DNA from: Thermoplasmata archaeon
Lineage (GTDB): Archaea > Thermoplasmatota > Thermoplasmata > Lutacidiplasmatales > UBA184
Direction of reading: 5' to 3'
Assembly: GCA_021828085.1 (NCBI GenBank)
Contig: JAKATE010000002.1
Coordinates: 1 to 41,010 of the forward strand
Length of the DNA: 41,010 nucleotides
Shown one piece after another: positions 1-8,963 of the stretch (positions are counted from its first letter, which is position 1; the number at the start of each line of letters is the position of its first letter). The notes under the pieces are model-generated. The model saw only the letters and a program-made list of their open reading frames with translations, searched no databases and was not told the DNA's origin. Made by a program: the position numbers and the translations under genes.

Positions 1-600
1 GGGGGTCCGTCCCGCATCATGCTCTCGGTTCAACAACCGGGCTTCGGTCCTCCCCTCGTGGGGTTCCGGGCCTGTCGCTTCCCTGCATCGATGGAAAGGC
101 CCGAGTTGATTCGCGTCGCGTTCAATCCTCTGGGTTCTGGCGTCCAAGAACCCCAGCTACCTCGGACTCTGGCTTCGTTTCCCATCCCGGAGATTCAAGG
201 GACCTTGGCCCTCGTTCAGCATAGCCTGCCGAGAGATTTGGGCCCCTCGACGGTTCTGGTGGGTGAGGCTGGTATGACGCCTCCTATCAGGGAACGGCGT
301 GGGGTTCCCCCGGCAACCTGTCCATCGCATCGATGACTCCGCTTCCTCTCTCACGCTATCCGGCGGAGTCGTTCCCGGCCTTCGTCACCCCTCCTTCCCT
401 CTCGATGCTCGTTTGGGGATTTCGATCGGTCCTCCCCGGAGGTAGCCCGATCCACGAAGGCACTCTTCCGATGAAGCGTTGAACGAAGGGAAATGTCCCT
501 ATGAGGGGCCTCCAAGGGAGCGGATGGGCCGAGGCGGCGATCCCTTTGGCCCCTTCGGGCAGACGGCATCGCTTTCTCACACCTGTGGACCAGATAGAGT

Positions 601-2118
601 TCACCGGAACGAGGCAGGCCCCACCCCCAGGCGGCCGAGCAGCGCGGGGTCGGGCCCACCGTCCCTGGGCTCGGGGAGCTCCAGTCCCAGTGTTCGCGAG
701 AGCGTCGGGGCGAAGGAGAGAAGGCTCACGGGGGAGCCGAGCGGCCCGGGAGAGACCCCCGGTCCCACGACGGCGAGGAGCCCGGTCCTCCGGTGCGTCC
801 CCTTGCGACGGAAGTAGCTGGGACGCCGGGCCAGCAGCGTCCGGCTGTAGTTGAAATCCCCCCGGGTCTCCCAGGCGTAACCGTGCGAGACGAGGAGGAG
901 CAAGGGAGCGCGCGGGCCAAGAGGGCCTGAGTAGAGCTCCTCCGGGCGCAACCCGCGGAGCTCGGCGCGGGGCTCCCGACCGAGAGCGTCCAGGATCTCC
1001 CCTGCCAGCCGGTCCCGATCCTCCGCGGGGCCGCTCCGGTAGCGGTTCTCGAAGATCGCCTCGGGCGTCGGGAAGCTGAAGGCGCGCGTCCTCTCCCAGT
1101 CGATGTGGGGGGCGAACTCCCCGAAGGTCAGGTCCGTGCCACCGGCCACCGGAGGTCGCGAGGTCGGCGAAGCCCGACGGCCGCGCTCCACCCAGGCCAG
1201 CGGAGCCCGGAGCGGCACCAACCGGTCCGCCTGGGAGAGCATGCCGGTGAGCCGGGAGCGTCCGCGAGGGGCTCCGACCTTCAGAGCGAGGAACCCCTCC
1301 CGTTCGAGGAACCGGTTGGTGAAGAAGTAACCCTCCGCCGGCCCGAAGCCGTGGTCGGACAGGATCCAGGCCCAGCCTTCGCCCCGTCCCGAGTCGCGAA
1401 GGGCGATCAGGCGGGAGACCGTCCGGTCCAATCCCTCCCAGTACCGGTCCCACGGTGGCCCAGCGGCCACCACGGAAGCGAGCAGGTCCGGGTACCACTC
1501 GTGCTGGACGCGGTCGGTCTCGCTCAGGAGGACGAAGAGGAACTCCGGGTCCTCCCTGTCCGCGAGGAGCTCGGCGGCGGAGGCCTTCTGCGTGAGGGAG
1601 GAGACAGCCAGTCCCAGCCAGTCCTCCAGGGAGGAGCCGCCCCGCCCGGGGAGATCGAAGGCCCAGGGCCCCACCTCCTTCTCCAGCCGGGGGAGCAGCC
1701 CCGAGGGGGAGGCGACCGGCCGTCCTCCGGGAAACTCGAGCATCCCGGGAACAAAAACGCCGTGAACGACGGGGGGGGGAAGGACCGGGGCGTTGACGAC
1801 CGCCACCCGCGAACCGCGCCGGCTGAGGCGGTCCCAGATCGCCTCCCACGGCCGGTAATCCGTCACGCTCTCGAAGCGTCCGGGGGTGCTCGAGGGGGTG
1901 GTGAACCCCCAGCAGTCCAGCCGAGCCGGCGAGGCCCCGGTGAAGGCGCAGTACCAGGCGGGGAGGGTCACGGGGGGGTCGACGCTCTCCAGGCGCGCGG
2001 TCACAGCCCCCTCCAGGGCCTTCCGTGTCCGCGGGAGCCGGCCGTGCTCGAGCGCCGGGGAGAGGAGCTCCCACGTCCCCCCGTCCAGGCCGATGACCAC
2101 GGTCCGGGGTCGGGGCAT
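601..2118 (-). CDS. Alkaline phosphatase superfamily / type I phosphodiesterase-nucleotide pyrophosphatase family protein
   Basis: VVIGLDGGTW metal ligand motif, SVDPPVTLPAW nucleophile region, ETDRVQH, ILSDHGF and GTHRRTG. The ATG directly abuts the aCPSF1 stop codon. Confidence 0.85.
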   Translation of the reverse strand: MPRPRTVVIGLDGGTWELLSPALEHGRLPRTRKALEGAVTARLESVDPPVTLPAWYCAFTGASPARLDCWGFTTPSSTPGRFESVTDYRPWEAIWDRLSRRGSRVAVVNAPVLPPPVVHGVFVPGMLEFPGGRPVASPSGLLPRLEKEVGPWAFDLPGRGGSSLEDWLGLAVSSLTQKASAAELLADREDPEFLFVLLSETDRVQHEWYPDLLASVVAAGPPWDRYWEGLDRTVSRLIALRDSGRGEGWAWILSDHGFGPAEGYFFTNRFLEREGFLALKVGAPRGRSRLTGMLSQADRLVPLRAPLAWVERGRRASPTSRPPVAGGTDLTFGEFAPHIDWERTRAFSFPTPEAIFENRYRSGPAEDRDRLAGEILDALGREPRAELRGLRPEELYSGPLGPRAPLLLLVSHGYAWETRGDFNYSRTLLARRPSYFRRKGTHRRTGLLAVVGPGVSPGPLGSPVSLLSFAPTLSRTLGLELPEPRDGGPDPALLGRLGVGPASFR

Positions 2119-4023
2119 CTAGATCAGCCGGACCGTCTCCAGGTTGTACGGCGCCCGGGTCTCCACGTTGAAGCGCTTGTGGAGGCTCGAGGCGAGGTCG
2201 AGCGCCTTCTGCTCCTCGCCGTGGCAGACCATCACCCGCTGCGGCCTCGGCTCCACGGTGGCGAGGAAGTTCATCAGCTGGACCCGGTCGGAGTGGCCGG
2301 AGAAGCCCTCGCAGGTGCCCACCTCGAAGCGGACCGGGACCGTGGTGGTCCGTCCGCCGTCCATGACCGTGGCCTCCCTGAGGCCCCGCTGAAGCCGCCG
2401 TCCGAAGGTCCCCTCGGCCTGGTAGCCCGCGAAGGCCATGGCGTTCTTCTCGTCGGGGGCCCAGCCCTTGAAGTACTCCATGACCGGGCCGCCGCTCATC
2501 ATCCCGCTCGTCGCGAGCACGATGGAGGGAGAGCGGTCGTCGATGACGCTCATGCGTTTCTGGGAGGAGTCCACGCGCTGGAAGATGTCCGAGAGGAAGG
2601 GGTTGTCCCCCTGCTGGAAGATCTGCGTGCGCAGCTGGCTGTTGAGGTACTCCGGGTAAGCCGTGTGGATGCTCGTGGCCTCGAAGATCATCCCGTCGAG
2701 GTACACCGGCACCTTCGGGATCTTCCCGGCGCGCATGCGCTCCTCGAGCACCAGCATGACCTCCTGGCTTCTCCCCACGGCGAAGACGGGGATGAGCAGG
2801 TGCCCGCCGCGCTTGATGACCTTGTCCGCGAGCCGGTTCAGCCCCTCGGCGGCCTCCTGCCGGCTCGGCTGGACATCGCGGAACCCGCCGTAGGTGGACT
2901 CCATGACGAGGGTCTCCAGGCGGGGGAAGCGGTTCGTCGCCGGGTTGAACAGCCAGGTCCGCTCGAACTTCATGTCCCCCGAGTAGGCCATGTTGTAGTC
3001 GCCGTCCCCCAGGTGGAAGTGGACCATGGAGCTCCCGAGGATGTGGCCGGCGTTGTGGAGCGTGAGACGGACGTCGGGGGCGATGTCCGTGGTCTCCCCG
3101 TAGCGCAAGGGGATGCAGCGGCTGACCATCTCCCGCACGTGGCCGCTGTCGTAGAGGCTCCGCCGCGCCTCGGCGGCGGTGACCTTGATGGCGTCGAGCA
3201 AGAGCAGCGTCATCAGGTCCCTCGTGGGGGCGGTGCTGTAGATGGGACCGGTGTAGCCGTACTTGATGAGGGTCGGGATGAGGCCGCAGTGGTCGAGGTG
3301 GGCGTGGGTCACCACCACCGCGTCCAGGGCGTCGAGCGGCTGGATCTCGGGAGCGTTGAAGTAGGGGGTCCGGTCCGAGCCCGGGTCGATGCCGCAGTCG
3401 ATGAGGATGCGCGAGTTCTGCGTGGTGAGCAGGTGGGCGGAGCGCCCCACCTCCCGGTAGCCCCCGAGGGCCGTGCTGCGCGCCCAGATCTTCTCGGGGA
3501 GCCGGTCCCGGGCGATGCGCGTCCCCACGCGCTTGAGGAACTTGCGCCGGTCGTCGAAGACGTTGCGCATGTGGATGCGCACCTCCTCCACCGTCTTCGA
3601 GGGGATGGGAGGGGTGCGGACGACGGTGGGGACCCAGCCGATCTTCCGCTTGAGCTCGTTGAGCACGGCCGCCTGGCGGCCGATGGCCGCTCCGGGGTTG
3701 GCCGCCTCGATGGTGACCTCGCCGGTCTCCGGCTCGAAGAAGATCTGGTTGATCTCCGCGTCCACGGGGACGAGCTCCCGGATGGCCTTCTCGGCCTCCT
3801 TGGGGTCCACCAGGGCCGCCGGGTCCGAGCGCACCAGCACCCGCCGGTGCAGCCGCTGGGCCACCTGCCGGAGGAGCTCCCCGCCGGAGAGGAAGGCGTC
3901 CAACTGCTTGGTGTAGACCACCACGTGAGGGCCCTCCAGCTCGATGGAGGTGACCTCGATGCCTTCCGGTAGGACCTCGCGGAGGGCTTCTCGCGTCTGC
4001 TGTAACAGGCTCTCTACGCTCAT
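2119..4023 (-). CDS. fttA: Beta-CASP ribonuclease aCPSF1 / transcription termination factor FttA
   Basis: 634 aa with N-terminal KH domains, LGGYREVGRS, THAHLDH, AGHILGS, MESTYG and FSGHSD. Follows psmB, as is usual in archaea. Confidence 0.95.
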   Translation of the reverse strand: MSVESLLQQTREALREVLPEGIEVTSIELEGPHVVVYTKQLDAFLSGGELLRQVAQRLHRRVLVRSDPAALVDPKEAEKAIRELVPVDAEINQIFFEPETGEVTIEAANPGAAIGRQAAVLNELKRKIGWVPTVVRTPPIPSKTVEEVRIHMRNVFDDRRKFLKRVGTRIARDRLPEKIWARSTALGGYREVGRSAHLLTTQNSRILIDCGIDPGSDRTPYFNAPEIQPLDALDAVVVTHAHLDHCGLIPTLIKYGYTGPIYSTAPTRDLMTLLLLDAIKVTAAEARRSLYDSGHVREMVSRCIPLRYGETTDIAPDVRLTLHNAGHILGSSMVHFHLGDGDYNMAYSGDMKFERTWLFNPATNRFPRLETLVMESTYGGFRDVQPSRQEAAEGLNRLADKVIKRGGHLLIPVFAVGRSQEVMLVLEERMRAGKIPKVPVYLDGMIFEATSIHTAYPEYLNSQLRTQIFQQGDNPFLSDIFQRVDSSQKRMSVIDDRSPSIVLATSGMMSGGPVMEYFKGWAPDEKNAMAFAGYQAEGTFGRRLQRGLREATVMDGGRTTTVPVRFEVGTCEGFSGHSDRVQLMNFLATVEPRPQRVMVCHGEEQKALDLASSLHKRFNVETRAPYNLETVRLI

Positions 4024-4091
4024 GGACGAGAGGAATCGGCTTTGGGTCCGGCGCCCGGGGGCGCGGACCGCTCAGGAAGGGGTTCGGAAGT

Positions 4092-4763
4092 TCAGGCGAT
4101 CTTGAGCTTGGTGAGGCGCTTGCGGATCTCTTCCTCGGTGAGATCGTGGTACTCCTTCTCGGAGATCATCGCCACGAGGTAGCCGTCGCCGCTGTTGGAG
4201 TCGCGGCGCATGGCGCTGGTGAGCCCGCGGATGGCGAGGTCGGCCCCCTCGCTCAGGGAGAGCCCCTCCTCGAAGGCCTCCTCCAGCACCCCGTAGGCGA
4301 GGGCCTGCCCGCTCCCCACCGAGACGTACTTGTCCTCGATGTTCCCGCCGGCGGGGTCCACCGAGAAGATGTGGTTGCCCTTGGCGTCCACCCCGCCGAG
4401 GATGACCCAGGCGAGGTAGGGGTAGAGGCGGTTCCCGTTGAGGATGTTGGCGAGGAGCGTGCTGGCCCCCTCCACGCTGATGGGGGAGCCGCGACGGAGG
4501 CGGTAGAGGTTCACCTCGGCGCGAAGGTAGCGCACCAGCGTCTGCGCGTCGCCGACATAGCCGGCGATGGTCATGCCGATGTGCTCGTCGATCTTGAACA
4601 GCTTCTGGGTCTGCTTGTTGGCGATGAACCCACCGCCCAGGGTGGCCCGTCGCTCCGTCGCCAGGACAACGCCGTCCTTGCAGGCGATCCCCACGGTGGT
4701 GGTGCCCTTGAAGAGCTGTTCGGTCCCCGCGTGACCCAGCGGTCGGGGCTCTGCGCTGAACAT
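4092..4763 (-). CDS. psmB: Proteasome subunit beta
   Basis: Propeptide ending FKG|TTTVG (catalytic Thr), GSG and RDSNSGDG motifs. Confidence 0.97.
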   Translation of the reverse strand: MFSAEPRPLGHAGTEQLFKGTTTVGIACKDGVVLATERRATLGGGFIANKQTQKLFKIDEHIGMTIAGYVGDAQTLVRYLRAEVNLYRLRRGSPISVEGASTLLANILNGNRLYPYLAWVILGGVDAKGNHIFSVDPAGGNIEDKYVSVGSGQALAYGVLEEAFEEGLSLSEGADLAIRGLTSAMRRDSNSGDGYLVAMISEKEYHDLTEEEIRKRLTKLKIA

Positions 4764-4790
4764 GTGAACGCCCGGCGCGAGTTGAGCCCG

Positions 4791-4798
4791 CTATAAAA
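4791..4798 (-). promoter_or_regulatory. TATA box for psmB (probably a leaderless transcript)
   Basis: TTTTATAG on the minus strand about 28 nt upstream of the ATG, preceded by purine-rich AAAGAAGGG (BRE-like), in a very GC-rich background. Confidence 0.7.
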
Positions 4799-4879
4799 CC
4801 CTTCTTTGGGGTGCTCTCTCGGGGGAAACCCCCCCCGGACATTCCCTCCGCGGCCGCCTCACCGGTACTTCTGAACCGC

Positions 4880-4885
4880 TATAAT
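4880..4885 (+). promoter_or_regulatory. Probable TATA box for the sdh operon
   Basis: TATAAT about 28 nt upstream of the proposed start at 4913. Confidence 0.55.
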
Positions 4886-4912
4886 CCCCGTCCCCTCCCC
4901 CCGAGCCGGGGA

Positions 4913-6595
4913 ACGAAGACGCAGCGGTTCGAGGTGCTGGTAATCGGGGCGGGACTTGCCGGACAGCGTGCGGCGCTGGAGGCGGCCCGCGCGGGGCGCT
5001 CGGTGGGGCTGCTCTCCAAGCTCCACCCGCTGCGCTCGCACTCGTGCGCGGCCCAAGGCGGGATCAATGCCGCCATGGGGCCGAACGACTCGGTCCACGA
5101 CCACATCTACGACACGGTGAAGGGCTCCGACTATCTCGCCGACCAGGACGCCGTGGAGGTCCTCTGCCGCGAGGCCGGGCCGACGGTGATCGAGATGGAG
5201 CACTTCGGCACGGTGTTCAACCGGGCCCCGGACGGCTCGCTGGACCGCCGCGCGTTCGGGGGCGCCTCCTACAATCGGACCATCTTCGCCGCGGACCGGA
5301 CGGGGCTCGCCCTCCTCCAGGCGCTCTTCGAGGAGCTCGCCCGCGAGCACGGGGTCCGGGTCTTCGAGGAGTACTTCGCCCTCGAACTGGTCACCCGGGA
5401 CGGCCGCGCCCAGGGCGTGGTCGCGCTCGACCGGAAGACCGGCGCCCTCGAGAGCTTCTCCGCCGCTGCCGTGGTCATGGCGACCGGCCCCTTCGGCCGG
5501 ATGTACCCGAGGACCACGAACTCCTACGCGTCCACCGGCGACGGGTGCGCGCTCGCCTACCGCGCCGGCGCCGCCCTCAAGGACATGGAGATGGTGCAGT
5601 TCCACCCCACAGCCCTTCCCGGTTCCGGCATCCTCATCACGGAGGGGGCGCGCGGGGAGGGGGGCATACTGCGCAACGCCCGGGGGGAACGGTTCATGGA
5701 GCGCTACGCCCCCCATGCCAAGGACCTTGCCTCCCGGGACGTCGTCTCCCGGGCCATCGTGACCGAGGTCGCCGAGGGCCGGGGGTTCCCGGACGGCACC
5801 TGCCACTTAGAGCTCATGCACCTCGGCCGGGAGAAGGTCGAGACGAAGCTCCAGGAGATCGTCGACTTCTGCCGCAGCTTCGCCGGTGTGGATCCGGTGA
5901 CGGAACCGATCCCGGTCTACCCGGCGCAGCACTACATGATGGGCGGTATCTCCACCGATATCCGCGCCCAGACGACCCTTCCCGGGCTCTTCGCCGCGGG
6001 GGAGGCCGCGTGCGTCAGTGTGCACGGGGCGAACCGCCTGGGGGCGAACTCGCTGCTCGAGACGCTCGTCTTCGGGAAGATCGCCGGCCGCGAGGCGGCG
6101 GCGCAGGCCGCGAAGTCCCCCTCCGGGGGAGTGACCGCGGCCGATGAGGAGAGGGCGCGACAGCGGCTCCACGCGCTCTGGGACCGAAAGGAGGGAGAGG
6201 CCCCCGCCCGGATCCGTTCCGATCTCCAGACGACGATGGAGAGGAACGTGGGGATCTACCGCACCCCGGAGGCCCTCGCGACCGCCCTCCAGGACGTGCG
6301 CACCCTCCGGCAGCGCTACCAGCGCTGCTACGTCGCCGACAAATCCTCCGTCTACAACGTGAACCTCTTGGACGCCCTCGAGCTCGAGAACCTGCTCGAC
6401 CTGGCGGAGACCATCGTGACCGGTGCCCTCGACCGGACCGAGTCGCGCGGGGCCCACGTGCGCCGGGACTTCCCCCAGCGCAACGACGCCCAGTGGCTCA
6501 AGCACATCCTCCAGACCCGGGGCCCGGACGGCCCCGTGCGGAGCTACCTCCCGGTGACCATCACGAGCTACACCCCGAAAGAGAGGAGCTACTGA
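4913..6595 (+). CDS. sdhA: Succinate dehydrogenase/fumarate reductase flavoprotein subunit (start uncertain: ACG 4913, GTG 4934 or GTG 4811)
   Basis: VIGAGLAG FAD motif, RSHSCAAQGG covalent-FAD His, QFHPT, TEGARGEGG, HYMMGG, HGANRLGANSL and ESRGAH. Confidence 0.93.
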   Translation, partial: TKTQRFEVLVIGAGLAGQRAALEAARAGRSVGLLSKLHPLRSHSCAAQGGINAAMGPNDSVHDHIYDTVKGSDYLADQDAVEVLCREAGPTVIEMEHFGTVFNRAPDGSLDRRAFGGASYNRTIFAADRTGLALLQALFEELAREHGVRVFEEYFALELVTRDGRAQGVVALDRKTGALESFSAAAVVMATGPFGRMYPRTTNSYASTGDGCALAYRAGAALKDMEMVQFHPTALPGSGILITEGARGEGGILRNARGERFMERYAPHAKDLASRDVVSRAIVTEVAEGRGFPDGTCHLELMHLGREKVETKLQEIVDFCRSFAGVDPVTEPIPVYPAQHYMMGGISTDIRAQTTLPGLFAAGEAACVSVHGANRLGANSLLETLVFGKIAGREAAAQAAKSPSGGVTAADEERARQRLHALWDRKEGEAPARIRSDLQTTMERNVGIYRTPEALATALQDVRTLRQRYQRCYVADKSSVYNVNLLDALELENLLDLAETIVTGALDRTESRGAHVRRDFPQRNDAQWLKHILQTRGPDGPVRSYLPVTITSYTPKERSY

Positions 6596-6596
6596 A

Positions 6597-7661
6597 ATGG
6601 TGAGGATACCCCTGGAGGTCTTCCGCTACGCCCCCGGCAACGCTTCCTCGCGCTACGACCGCTTCGAGCTCGAGGCCGAGGAGCACACCCCCATCCTGAC
6701 CCTGCTGCTCAAGGTGCGCGACGAGATCGATCCCTCCCTCGCCGTGCGCTACTCCTGCCGCCAGGCGATCTGCGGCTCCTGCGCCGTCCGCATCAACGGA
6801 AAGAGCCGCCTGGCCTGCCGGACCCCCGTCGGTCCCGAGCTCGCGCGCCGCTCGAAGGTGGTCATCGACCCCATGGCCAACCAGCCGGTCCTCCGCGACC
6901 TGGTCGTGGACCAGAAGCCGTTCTGGGACCGCTACCACGCCATCCGGCCCCACCTGATCCCGGACCCGGCCCATCCGCTTCCCGAGGGACGGGAGAGCCC
7001 GATGACCCCGGAGCAGGTCTCCCAGTTCAAGGAGACGCCGCGCTGCATCGCCTGCGCCTCCTGCTACAGCGCCTGCCCGGCGGTCGGCAGCGACGAGGCT
7101 TTCCTCGGACCCATGGCCCTGGCCAAGCTCTACCGCTTCGCGGTGGACCCCCGCGACGGGGGCCTCCGCTCCCGTCTCGAGCAGGTGCAGAACCAGTCGC
7201 TCTGGCTCTGCCTGCGCTGCAACCTCTGCGTGGAAGCCTGCCCGAAGGACGTCCGCCCCGGCGAACGCATCGTCGACCTCAAACGGATGGCCAACCAGAC
7301 GCTGGGAGAACGTGAGGCGGGCAGCCGCCACGCGATCCGCTTCTCCTCGAACCTCCAGGCCTCGGGGCTGCTCAACGAACGCCGGCTGGCCATGGACTCG
7401 CTCGGGATGGGAGGCGTGATCCGGCAGCTCCCCAAGGCCATCACCATGATGCGCCACGGCCGCTCTCTCCGGGCGCCGTCGCCGATCGCGGGCCTCTCGG
7501 AGGTGCAAGCGATCTACCGGGCCCTGGACCGGCCGGAGGACCTCATGCACCGGGAGCGTCCCCCCTCCGGGGAGATCAAGGGACCCCGCGCCCCCACCCT
7601 TGCTCCCCACGCCCCGAAGGCCGAGCCGGAGGCAGCGGCCGCGGGAGGAGGGAAGCCATGA
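6597..7661 (+). CDS. sdhB: Succinate dehydrogenase/fumarate reductase iron-sulfur subunit with C-terminal extension
   Basis: SCRQAICGSC...LAC 2Fe-2S motif, plus CIACASCYSACP and CLRCNLCVEACP motifs. Confidence 0.92.
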   Translation: MVRIPLEVFRYAPGNASSRYDRFELEAEEHTPILTLLLKVRDEIDPSLAVRYSCRQAICGSCAVRINGKSRLACRTPVGPELARRSKVVIDPMANQPVLRDLVVDQKPFWDRYHAIRPHLIPDPAHPLPEGRESPMTPEQVSQFKETPRCIACASCYSACPAVGSDEAFLGPMALAKLYRFAVDPRDGGLRSRLEQVQNQSLWLCLRCNLCVEACPKDVRPGERIVDLKRMANQTLGEREAGSRHAIRFSSNLQASGLLNERRLAMDSLGMGGVIRQLPKAITMMRHGRSLRAPSPIAGLSEVQAIYRALDRPEDLMHRERPPSGEIKGPRAPTLAPHAPKAEPEAAAAGGGKP

Positions 7662-8554
7662 AGGTCGCCTACTACCCGGGCTGTGTCGCCCAGGAGTCGG
7701 GCAAGGAGCTCGACCTGGCGACCCGGCTCGTGGCCCCCCGCCTCGGGATCGAGCTCGTCGACTTCCCCAACTTCTCCTGCTGCGGGAGCGGCTTCGTCGA
7801 CGAGTCGAACCTGACGCTCAACGTGGCGCTCAACGCGCGCAACCTGGCCATCGCCGAGCGCGCCGGGCTCGAGCGGATCATGACCGTCTGTTCCACCTGC
7901 CAGGGGATGCTCGGACTGGCCCGGGGGACGCTCGCCTCGGACCCGGTCGTGCGCGGCCGGGTGGAGGGGGTGCTCGGTCCGCTGGGGCTGCGCTACGAGG
8001 GAAAGGCCGAGCCCAAGCACATGCTCCAGATGATCGTCGAGGACCTCGGGGGAGCCTCCCGCCTGACCAGCCTGGTCAAACGCCCCCTGCGCGGCCTCAA
8101 GGTGGGCGCCTTCTACGGCTGCCATCTCCTCCGACCGCACGACCACACCCGCTTCGACGACCCCGAGGACCCCACCTCCTTCGAGGAGGTCATCACCGCG
8201 CTGGGGGCCGAGCCGGTCGACTACCGCGGCCGCGTGATGTGCTGCGGGTTCCCCATCCAGTTCGTCAAACCCGCCACCGCCGAGCGCATCGCCGGGCGGC
8301 AGATCCTGGACGCCAAGCAGCACGGGGCCCACGCCATGGCCACCCCCTGCCCGCTCTGCCACATCTCCCTGGACACCTACCAGAAGGAGGCGGGCAGAGC
8401 GGTGGGCCAGGAGCTCTCCATGCCGGTGCTCCACTTCCCGCAGCTCCTGGGGCTCGCCTTCGGGTTCGACCCTGTCGCCCTGGGGCTCCCGCGGCACCTG
8501 GTGAGCACCGAGGGGCTGCTACGCCAGCTCGGCTCGGTCGCCGTGCCGGCCTGA
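7658..8554 (+). CDS. CCG-domain protein (SdhE / HdrB-like), putative non-heme anchor subunit
   Basis: YYPGC, SCCG, CSTC, FYGC, MCCG and CPLC give two CCG domains. ATGA overlap with sdhB. Confidence 0.88.
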   Translation: MKVAYYPGCVAQESGKELDLATRLVAPRLGIELVDFPNFSCCGSGFVDESNLTLNVALNARNLAIAERAGLERIMTVCSTCQGMLGLARGTLASDPVVRGRVEGVLGPLGLRYEGKAEPKHMLQMIVEDLGGASRLTSLVKRPLRGLKVGAFYGCHLLRPHDHTRFDDPEDPTSFEEVITALGAEPVDYRGRVMCCGFPIQFVKPATAERIAGRQILDAKQHGAHAMATPCPLCHISLDTYQKEAGRAVGQELSMPVLHFPQLLGLAFGFDPVALGLPRHLVSTEGLLRQLGSVAVPA

Positions 8555-8827
8555 GCCCTCCGGCACGGCCGGCGGCTCGGTCTTGCGGAGCACGTAGTAG
8601 TGGAGCCGGTCGCACTGGCGCTGGAAGTAGCCGCGCCCCTGCTCCCCGTAGGACTCCCGGAGCACCCGGGCGAGCTCCTGCGCGGAGAGCCCCGGGTCCA
8701 CCACGGGGGAGAACATGCAGGAGAAGACCAGGACGAGACGGCCCTCCATCTCGATACGGTCGGTCTCCGGTGCGCCGCAGAACGGGCAGCGGAGCGGCCC
8801 TTCGCCCGATACGGACCCGGCGGACAT
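8519..8827 (-). CDS. Small hypothetical Cys/His-containing protein (CPFC), 102 aa
   Basis: From ATG 8827 (MSAGSVSGEGPLRCPFCG) the ORF has globular-protein composition. The longer upstream ORF part is low-complexity. Confidence 0.6.
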   Translation of the reverse strand: MSAGSVSGEGPLRCPFCGAPETDRIEMEGRLVLVFSCMFSPVVDPGLSAQELARVLRESYGEQGRGYFQRQCDRLHYYVLRKTEPPAVPEGSGRHGDRAELA

Positions 8828-8963
8828 GAGGGGGGACGAGCCCGCGGCGCCCTTATCCCCTTCGCTCTGGGCACCCGAAGCCACCGAGGGGAAACGGGGA
8901 GGGCACCACGGGCCCCGCCCGGGCTCGGCAGGCTTATCAGCGTCCAGAGGGACCTTGGGAACT

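Noticed and set aside
1105-3972. Very long antisense or alternative-frame ORFs (also 19185-22049, 22728-25922, 26813-29095, 30322-34380 and 34446-36905)
   Set aside because: Shadow ORFs caused by high GC3 opposite well-identified genes. They have no motifs of their own.
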